From the NCBI GenBank assembly GCA_002773855.1, contig PEZY01000005.1, positions 8,237 through 72,236 on the forward strand: a stretch of 64,000 nt of DNA. Reading direction: 5' to 3'. The notes below the pieces were generated by a model. The model did not search any database, had not been told where the DNA came from, and worked only from the letters and a program-made list of their open reading frames with translations. The stretch is from Candidatus Buchananbacteria bacterium CG10_big_fil_rev_8_21_14_0_10_33_19. Lineage in GTDB: Bacteria; Patescibacteriota; Patescibacteriia; 2-01-FULL-39-33. Shown one piece after another: positions 56,802 to 64,000 of the stretch. The position numbers and the translations under genes are program-made. Each line of letters begins with the position of its first letter. The stretch's first letter is position 1.

Positions 56802-58892
56802 TTACCTATACTGCCAAACCAAATTCTGACCAAAAATATTTGGTTTACCCAGCAGGTTACTAATATAGTTTAATTTTGAATTATTTAAAGAATTATAATC
56901 AATAACTATAAAACAAGACTTAGTCCTAGTAATATCTAAAGCTTCATCTATCAAACTTAATGACGGATTGCCTATAAATCTTTTTAGAATATCTACTCTC
57001 TGATCTTGATTGTAATTAAAATCACTGGGGAAATTACCAGCCACTACCTCTTTAGCTGAATAAGACTCTAAAGCCAAGAGTGACCAAGTATTAGCTAAAA
57101 CACAATAATTACTTGGCTGATCGTTACCTATTTGATCCCAGATATATTTCATCGATGCTGTATCATATTCTGTCACTGCTGCCTCTAATACTGGTCCTGA
57201 AGCATAAGTTAAAATACCTATAAAACTCATAGCAACAATAATCAAAACCGCATACAGGCGATTATTAGAGAAAATATAAACCCAATAAGCTAGTACATAA
57301 ATCAACAATAAAACAATAAATATACTCATGCGCCTAGCCAAAGAATGAAGGCCATCCAAAAATAACCAAGAACTTAAATAATTTATAAAAAATATAAAAA
57401 TCAGGCTGATTAAATAAACGTTAGTCTTTATTCTTTCTCTTAAAATCTTAAAGCCAACATAACAACAAATAAAAACAAAAATTAAACTAACCATTAGTGA
57501 CAATATATACCAATATTTTATTTCTAGTGGCAAAAAACTACCTTTATCAAAAAATAAAAAATTACCCTTTATAAAAACCTCCCTTAAAATCTCACCTATG
57601 TGAAAATTTCTTTTGAAAGTAGAAAAACCAGATAACACCTCTCCTAAAAATATCGTAAAACTCAAAATAAAAAAAACTAAGTATTTTTTAATAGGGCTCA
57701 AATTAAAAGCTAATAGCCACAAAAAAGCAATAAGCAACATTGCAAATGATAAAGAGTAACCAAAATAAGAAAGAGCTGTTAAAAAAACTATAAAAGCTAA
57801 CACTAATTTTTCTCTACTTTTAAAGTAAGACAAATAACAACTGACTAAAAATAAAAAATATAAGGCCGAAAAACTAATAGGCAGAGTTTGCGACCCATAA
57901 TATTGCAAAAGATAAAAAACCAAAGTTAAAGCAGACACTAAAAGGCCAAATTTTCTTTTATTTTTAAATTGAAAAGCTAAAGAAAAACTAATTAGTGGTA
58001 AAAATAACGACCATAAAACTATAATAAAATATTTATCTAAACTAAAAATATCTATCTTAAAAACCTTAGACACAATAGATACTAAAGACCATTGAAAACC
58101 ATAAGATATCTTAGGACCAGCTATTAAAGCTCTGGGGATATTAAGACCAAAGATATTTTGATACCAAATATTATCTGACAATAATGTCGGTTGATAGTCT
58201 ATACCAGCTAGTATCCTGTTTTCTGAACCAATATGTCGCCACCTATCACCACCAAAACCCTCTGAATAAGTCAATAAGTAAGTATGCATCAAAAACGAAG
58301 TGGCAATAATTGCAACCATAATCAACCAAACTTTTTGTTTGGAAAAAACCAAAGAAAAAACTATAATTAACAATAAAAACACCACTACCAAATATTCTAG
58401 GGGCAAAATTTGCCAAGGACTAGTCAAATAGCTACCAGTCTTATAGGAAACCACAATCGCCAACCCAAGTATCACTAATAACGCAAATACTATAAAAACT
58501 AAATTACTAATTTTCCATAGACCATCATTATTGCCTAAATAAATTTTATGACCGGGCTCAATATTATTAAAAAAATATGACCAACAAAATAAAATTAGAC
58601 TAGTAATACCCAAAGCTAATGATAGTGTAAAATTATTAAAGATAAACCAACTGGTAAAAATATTAACTATAAAGCCAAGAAAAAAAATATTAAAAAAAAC
58701 ACCTAATAATTTTATATATAAATTAGGTAATGGGAAAATTTTAGACAATATTACATTTGAAAAAACACTTAAAGAAACAAACCAAGTAAAAAATAAAGTA
58801 ACGATGAATATTGACATCCAGCCTATTTGTAATCCAAAATATATAGCGATGACTGAAAATAAATTTAAACTCAAGATAATTAAATTAATCAT
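56802..58892 (-). CDS. Large polytopic membrane protein (possible GT-C-fold glycosyltransferase)
   Basis: Many TMs; loop GGDRWRH; soluble C-terminal tail. Confidence 0.45.
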   Translation of the reverse strand: MINLIILSLNLFSVIAIYFGLQIGWMSIFIVTLFFTWFVSLSVFSNVILSKIFPLPNLYIKLLGVFFNIFFLGFIVNIFTSWFIFNNFTLSLALGITSLILFCWSYFFNNIEPGHKIYLGNNDGLWKISNLVFIVFALLVILGLAIVVSYKTGSYLTSPWQILPLEYLVVVFLLLIIVFSLVFSKQKVWLIMVAIIATSFLMHTYLLTYSEGFGGDRWRHIGSENRILAGIDYQPTLLSDNIWYQNIFGLNIPRALIAGPKISYGFQWSLVSIVSKVFKIDIFSLDKYFIIVLWSLFLPLISFSLAFQFKNKRKFGLLVSALTLVFYLLQYYGSQTLPISFSALYFLFLVSCYLSYFKSREKLVLAFIVFLTALSYFGYSLSFAMLLIAFLWLLAFNLSPIKKYLVFFILSFTIFLGEVLSGFSTFKRNFHIGEILREVFIKGNFLFFDKGSFLPLEIKYWYILSLMVSLIFVFICCYVGFKILRERIKTNVYLISLIFIFFINYLSSWLFLDGLHSLARRMSIFIVLLLIYVLAYWVYIFSNNRLYAVLIIVAMSFIGILTYASGPVLEAAVTEYDTASMKYIWDQIGNDQPSNYCVLANTWSLLALESYSAKEVVAGNFPSDFNYNQDQRVDILKRFIGNPSLSLIDEALDITRTKSCFIVIDYNSLNNSKLNYISNLLGKPNIFGQNLVWQYR

Positions 58893-58895
58893 AAT

Positions 58896-59756
58896 TTAAA
58901 TACTAAATAAATTTTTGGCATTATCTGTAGTTATAATAGCCACTTCATCAAAAGTTATTTTTTTTAATTCAGCTACTTTTTGAGCTACAAATTTAACATA
59001 ATATGGCTCATTTCTCTGTCCTCTATGCGGTTCTGGCGTTAAAAATGGTGAATCGGTTTCAATTAATATTTTATCAAGTGGCACGGCTCTAACTACTTCC
59101 TGAACATCTTCGGACTTTTTCTTAAAAGTAATTATCCCAGTAAACCCAACATAAAATCCTAGATTTACAAATTTACTAGCTTGATTTAAATTACCGCCAA
59201 AACAATGTATTACACCATGATGATGTCTGGTATCACTTAAAATTTCCAACATATCATCATAAGCGCCATATGGATCATCTTTGTGTCCTCGACAATGCAT
59301 AACCAGCGGTAAATTTAATTCTTGAGATAACTTTATAAATTTTTTAAAAACTTCTTTTTGTAAGTTTTTCTTACTAAGTGAATCACTATCATTATCATTG
59401 AAATAAAAGTAATCCAAACCAACTTCTCCCAATCCAACCACTTTATCCGATGACTTAGCTAAATCTCTATATTTATTATAATCAAATTCTTCTTTCGGAG
59501 TTACCACTTCTGTTTTTTGACCATCTACAATAACACTTTCAACTACATCATCTACTACATGAATCGGATGAAGTCCAACTACTGCATAGACACCACGTCC
59601 ATAGTCTCTAGTCAATTCAATTGTTTTGCTGGAAGTTTTAAAATCTGAACCAATATTTATCAACCAAGTATTGTTTACTAAACAATGGTCAATAACACTC
59701 TTAAAATCTTTTCTATAAACATCAAAATTTACATGAGAATGTGAATCTATTAACAT
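58896..59756 (-). CDS. tatD: TatD family hydrolase
   Basis: DSHSH, GLHP, GEVGLDY, HCF, ETDSPFL. Confidence 0.96.
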   Translation of the reverse strand: MLIDSHSHVNFDVYRKDFKSVIDHCLVNNTWLINIGSDFKTSSKTIELTRDYGRGVYAVVGLHPIHVVDDVVESVIVDGQKTEVVTPKEEFDYNKYRDLAKSSDKVVGLGEVGLDYFYFNDNDSDSLSKKNLQKEVFKKFIKLSQELNLPLVMHCRGHKDDPYGAYDDMLEILSDTRHHHGVIHCFGGNLNQASKFVNLGFYVGFTGIITFKKKSEDVQEVVRAVPLDKILIETDSPFLTPEPHRGQRNEPYYVKFVAQKVAELKKITFDEVAIITTDNAKNLFSI

Positions 59757-59757
59757 A

Positions 59758-60249
59758 TTAAGATATAAAATTACTCAATAATTGCGTCACTAGCACCAAT
59801 AAATGAGCTACTTTAGAATCATTTAATGAATTAACCAGCCAAGGGACACTAGTAATAAATTTAGCCATAATAAAAACGGTCATACCAGTGATAATAATCC
59901 CCTCGAAAAACCCCAAGATAGCGCCACCAAAACGATTTATTGATTTAAAAAACGGTATAATTGATATTAAATTAAAAGCTTTATTCACAAACCAAAATAT
60001 TAAAGCTATTAGTCTATTAACCACTAAAAATATAGCCATAAAAGTTATTGTCTTAGCTATTCCCTCATGACCCAATAAATAAGGGTTTATAAATCCAGAA
60101 AGTGTAAGAAAATAACTACTCGCCACCCAAGTTCCAATAATAATACCAACCAACGAACCAATAACTGCTATCAAACCCATAATAAAACCAAGCATCACAA
60201 AACCAGCAACTAACACAACCAAAATTACATCTACTAAAGTGAAAAGCAT
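59758..60249 (-). CDS. CvpA family membrane protein
   Basis: VD...GF..G, INRFGGAILG pattern. Confidence 0.85.
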   Translation of the reverse strand: MLFTLVDVILVVLVAGFVMLGFIMGLIAVIGSLVGIIIGTWVASSYFLTLSGFINPYLLGHEGIAKTITFMAIFLVVNRLIALIFWFVNKAFNLISIIPFFKSINRFGGAILGFFEGIIITGMTVFIMAKFITSVPWLVNSLNDSKVAHLLVLVTQLLSNFIS

Positions 60250-60296
60250 GAATTCAACTTAAATATTTTAGATTAATAATAATCTTAATAAAAAAA

Positions 60297-61799
60297 TTAT
60301 TTTTCTAGTCTGGGAAATAATGGTTGAGGCTTTTCAACTTTTTGACCCGACTCTAATCCGCCCCAATCCACTAATTCTTTAAATGATTTATTTTTCCAAT
60401 CAGCTTGATTTAAATATCCAAAAATCTTTTCTGAAACTTCAGGCATAACTGGATAAACCATCAAGGCTAAATGTCTTACACTCTCTAGTAAATTATATAA
60501 TACTTTATTTAATTGATCTTTGTCTTCTTTGGCTAACTGCCAAGGCTTTTGCCTTTCGACATAACCATCAGCGAAGGAATTTAATTTCCTAATAATTTCT
60601 ATAACGTCATCTATTTGAAATCTTTTCATAGCATCTTCATATTGATGCCAAATACCAGCTACTTCATCAGAAAATTCAAAATCTTTTACTGGCACAATGC
60701 TATCTAAATATTTTTCCACCATAGACAGTACTCTTGATGTTAAATTACCTATACCATTAGCCAAATCTGAATTATACTGAATAACAAAATTTCCAGCCTT
60801 AACATCACCGTCAGCTCCAAATGGAAATTGAGAAAGCAACAAATACCTAACTGCGTCAGAACCAAATTCATCTACCAAAACATCTGGATCAATCACATTA
60901 CCCAAACTCTTGCTCATTTTTTCACCATCAATAGTAAAGAATCCATGAGCAAAAACTACTTCTGGCAATGGCAAACCAGCGGCTAGTAGCATAGCCGGCC
61001 AGTACAGTGCATGAAATTTAATAATATCTTTGGCCATCAAATGAATATTAGCTGGCCAAAATTTATTAAAGGTCTTGTCATCACTACCGTAGCCAATACC
61101 AGTAATATAATTCTGCAGTGCCTCTACCCATACATAAGTAACTTGATTTTCACTGAAAGGTATTTTAATCCCCCATTTTACACTTTCACGAGAAATAGAA
61201 AAATCATCCATCCCCTGTTTAATCAAACCCAAAACTTCATTTTTTTTGTTTTCTGGTAAAATTTTTAACTCGCCATTATTTATTAATTCGGCGATTTTGG
61301 GTAAATAATCACTTAACTTAAAAAAATAATTTTTTTCTTTTAGAACTTCCGGCTCTTTTTTGTGGTCTGGACACAAGCCGTTAACTAATTCTTTTTCGGT
61401 AATAAATTTTTCACAACCAGTGCAATATAAACCACTATAATCACCTTCGTATACCGCTCCCACCTCTTTTAATTTTGTTAAAAATTTTTCTACACCGGCT
61501 TTATGTTGATCTGACGTAGTTCTAATAAAATGATCATTGGATATATTCAATCTATCCCAAATCAACTGAAACTTAGCAGAATTTTCATCACAAAAATCTT
61601 GAGGTAGCTTTCCAGCTTGTTCAGCACTAGCAGCCACTTTAGCTCCATGTTCATCAGTGCCAGTTAAAAAAAATACTTCCTCACCTTTCAATCTATGAAA
61701 TCTAGCCAAAACATCGGCCGCTATGGTTGTATAAGCGTGGCCAATATGTGGTTTATCATTTACATAATAGATTGGCGTTGTAATATAAAATTTGTTCAT
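60297..61799 (-). CDS. metG: Methionine-tRNA ligase
   Basis: YITTPIYYVN.PHIGH, GTDEHG, KMSKS; likely start MNKF at 61799. Confidence 0.98.
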   Translation of the reverse strand: MNKFYITTPIYYVNDKPHIGHAYTTIAADVLARFHRLKGEEVFFLTGTDEHGAKVAASAEQAGKLPQDFCDENSAKFQLIWDRLNISNDHFIRTTSDQHKAGVEKFLTKLKEVGAVYEGDYSGLYCTGCEKFITEKELVNGLCPDHKKEPEVLKEKNYFFKLSDYLPKIAELINNGELKILPENKKNEVLGLIKQGMDDFSISRESVKWGIKIPFSENQVTYVWVEALQNYITGIGYGSDDKTFNKFWPANIHLMAKDIIKFHALYWPAMLLAAGLPLPEVVFAHGFFTIDGEKMSKSLGNVIDPDVLVDEFGSDAVRYLLLSQFPFGADGDVKAGNFVIQYNSDLANGIGNLTSRVLSMVEKYLDSIVPVKDFEFSDEVAGIWHQYEDAMKRFQIDDVIEIIRKLNSFADGYVERQKPWQLAKEDKDQLNKVLYNLLESVRHLALMVYPVMPEVSEKIFGYLNQADWKNKSFKELVDWGGLESGQKVEKPQPLFPRLEK

Positions 61800-61812
61800 A
61801 TATAATTTTAGT

Positions 61813-62490
61813 TTATTTGCCACTGATCACTACTACAAATTCCCCCTTGGTATTATCTGCCTTAAGACTATTTAATACATTATCTATACTGCCTCTGTAT
61901 ATTGTTTCAAATTTTTTTGTTAATTCCCTGCAAACAACCACCATCCTGTTACCACTCAACAAACCATTAAGACTTTCTAAGGTTTTAATTATTCGATGAG
62001 TGGATTCATAAAAAACAATTGTCTCTGAACTGGCCTCTATTTTTTTGAACAATGTTTCTCTTCCCTTTTTATGTGGAATAAAACCCAAAAATAAAAATTT
62101 ATCAGTAGGCAATCCAGAAATAGACAGTGCGGAAATAACAGCTGACGCCCCAGGTATTGGTATTATCTGACAATCATCACCAATATTTTTAACCACATCA
62201 GACACTAATTTATTACCTGGATCGGATATACCTGGCGTCCCAGCATCTGTAATTAAAGCTAAATTCAATCCAGATTTCAATTTGTCTAAAAGTAAATTTA
62301 TTTTTTTATCATCACTATGCTGATGATACGATACTACTTTTGTGTCAATACTATAACAATCTAACAATTTCTTGGAATTTCTAGTATCTTCACAAAGAAT
62401 TAAATCCACCTGTTTCAATACCTCAATTGCTCTAAAGGTAATATCTGATAAATTCCCAATTGGCGTAGCCACTATATATAATTTACTCAT
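61813..62490 (-). CDS. rsmI: 16S rRNA C1402 2'-O-methyltransferase RsmI
   Basis: LYIVATPIGNL, CEDTR, DAGTPGISDPG, RELTKKFE; start could be 62490, 62499 or 62520. Confidence 0.96.
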   Translation of the reverse strand: MSKLYIVATPIGNLSDITFRAIEVLKQVDLILCEDTRNSKKLLDCYSIDTKVVSYHQHSDDKKINLLLDKLKSGLNLALITDAGTPGISDPGNKLVSDVVKNIGDDCQIIPIPGASAVISALSISGLPTDKFLFLGFIPHKKGRETLFKKIEASSETIVFYESTHRIIKTLESLNGLLSGNRMVVVCRELTKKFETIYRGSIDNVLNSLKADNTKGEFVVVISGK

Positions 62491-62542
62491 ATTATTCATA
62501 ATAATACCACTATTTATCAATTAAATCAACATTAAAACATCA

Positions 62543-62571
62543 AAAAAGAGCGGTTTAAAACCGCCCTTTTT
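62543..62571. terminator. Terminator-like hairpin
   Basis: AAAAAGAGCGGTT-TAA-AACCGCCCTTTTT. Confidence 0.75.
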
Positions 62572-62583
62572 ATAAAAATCTAA

Positions 62584-63468
62584 TTATTGTACTGGTGTTT
62601 CATCAGTAGTTGGCGGTTGAACCTCTATTATCTTACCTGTTTCTAAATTCATATAACTACCCATTTCATCTAATTTAGTAAAAACATAAGTACCATCATC
62701 AGATATAGATCCAACTTGTGGCCAAATCTGCTGTAAACCAGTGTACTCAGACAAATCACCACTCAATAATATTGTTGGTGCGCTAGAGATATTGTATTGT
62801 TTAATTAAATCCTTACCTTCATCGGAACTAACATCCACTGATTTAGCATCTGTAGTGGCTAAGCCTAAATTACCCAAAGCAGTATCATGTAATTTAACAT
62901 CGTAACAACCACTGCAAGCCTCATCGGTTAAGTAAACTAATGAAAAATTACCACGCAAATTACCGGTTGACACCTCTATATATGGTGGGATTAATTTCCT
63001 AAACACAAAAACATTATCTATAACCTCACCCAAAGCAGACCAAGCCTGAGCCAATTGTGGATTTTTATCTAATTCTCCAGAGATTAAAACAGTTGGTACC
63101 TTTTCGATGCCATATTTATTAACCAAATCTTGACCTTGTTTGTCTTCAATATTAATAGTCTCAGTGCCTAATTCTTCAATACCATTTTGTTTTAGAGCGT
63201 CTAAAAATAAATTAATGTCAAAACACTTTCCCTCGCAATTCTTAGAAGTAACCACAGTGATCCTTAACTTAGGTGCATCTTGTGATGTTCCAGTATTATT
63301 AACTTCTGCACCAGACTTACCAGTTAATTTATCCTTAATTTTACCACCAAAAACGATTAATAAAACCACAATAATGATTACTAAAGCTCCACCCAGGCCA
63401 TAGGCCAAACCACGAATAAGATTCTCCTTCTTACCATCCTCTTCATTTTTCTTAAAAATTTTAAGCAT
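62584..63468 (-). CDS. Membrane-anchored protein with tandem thioredoxin-like domains
   Basis: TM; two repeats CEGKC and CSGC, each followed by KY.I...PT.L.SG. Confidence 0.6.
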   Translation of the reverse strand: MLKIFKKNEEDGKKENLIRGLAYGLGGALVIIIVVLLIVFGGKIKDKLTGKSGAEVNNTGTSQDAPKLRITVVTSKNCEGKCFDINLFLDALKQNGIEELGTETINIEDKQGQDLVNKYGIEKVPTVLISGELDKNPQLAQAWSALGEVIDNVFVFRKLIPPYIEVSTGNLRGNFSLVYLTDEACSGCYDVKLHDTALGNLGLATTDAKSVDVSSDEGKDLIKQYNISSAPTILLSGDLSEYTGLQQIWPQVGSISDDGTYVFTKLDEMGSYMNLETGKIIEVQPPTTDETPVQ

Positions 63469-63544
63469 AATTTCTTAGTTATTTATCTCATTTAAATATA
63501 CATCATTTTACTACTATTATCAAAATAATGCAATTAAATATTAA

Positions 63545-64000
63545 TTAAAAAGTCAATATCTCTGGTCTGAATAACATTATTAAACCCAATAAAAGTAATA
63601 CTACTCCGCTAGCTAATTTAACGAATTTTAAATACTTATCAGAAACTTTCGTAATTCTAAGAGTAACAACAGCTACTAAAAAAATCAATAAATCATCTAA
63701 CATATAAAAGAATATATAGACTAGCAAATTTAAATAATATTGATAAGTTGGTAGGTTGTGGGTAGCGAGTATTTTAGTATAAGCCAATGGAAAACCCAAA
63801 GAGCAAAACAATTCAATCATATTAATACCCACAGCTATAACTGAAATCGCCAAAAGAACCAGAATAATCGGCATTTCCGATGATACTGTTTTGTTAGCTT
63901 TAGCGTATAAATATTTTTGAAAACGTGTTAATAAGCCATCGGCCTTATCATTTTTTACATTACACAACTTACAAATCACATCATTAAAATAATCTTTTAA
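63545..64000 (-). CDS. Membrane protein, C-terminal part (glutaredoxin/CcdA-like family); runs off the window end
   Basis: Open to 64000; IELFCSLGFP...FFYMLDD motifs. Confidence 0.6.
   Translation of the reverse strand, partial: LKDYFNDVICKLCNVKNDKADGLLTRFQKYLYAKANKTVSSEMPIILVLLAISVIAVGINMIELFCSLGFPLAYTKILATHNLPTYQYYLNLLVYIFFYMLDDLLIFLVAVVTLRITKVSDKYLKFVKLASGVVLLLLGLIMLFRPEILTF

Noticed and set aside
1-64000. Alternative genetic code (UGA=Gly, as in Gracilibacteria/Absconditabacteria)
   Set aside because: Long conserved genes are intact under the standard bacterial code with no in-frame UGA

Overview
AT-rich window from a Candidate Phyla Radiation (Patescibacteria, Parcubacteria-like) chromosome. 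The taxon is inferred from gene content and architecture: split dcw cluster, half-size TsaB, secretin-less type IV pilus locus, standard genetic code and rplI present. Housekeeping genes include ftsI (partial)-ftsL-rsmH-mraZ, rplJL with an L10 leader, mltG, uppP, mutM, secA, murBCG-ftsW-murD-mraY, iscS/nifU, rpmA, pyrG, rplI, ctpA, murA, tatD, metG and rsmI. A Wzz / O-antigen-ligase / glycosyltransferase locus lies just upstream of a type IV pilus cluster. The most striking pattern is about ten dispersed accessory genes, several of them phage-like: a metallophosphoesterase, a DUF4406-like protein, a high-GC repeat lipoprotein, a paralog pair, a ClpP-like protease, an i-type lysozyme and a dCMP deaminase. 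Most sit in self-contained units with a sigma70 promoter and terminator and carry a Shine-Dalgarno that the core genes examined lack. Six also have a 12-nt boxA-like leader motif. Also seen: seven phased MraZ-type boxes plus two perfect DnaA boxes upstream of mraZ, a highly structured REP/MITE-like insert between mraY and murD, an Rrf2/IscR-like operator, and a dCMP deaminase frameshifted by a 5-bp duplication. No rRNA, tRNA, CRISPR array, integrase or transposase was recognised. All protein calls come from motif recognition by eye, not database searches.
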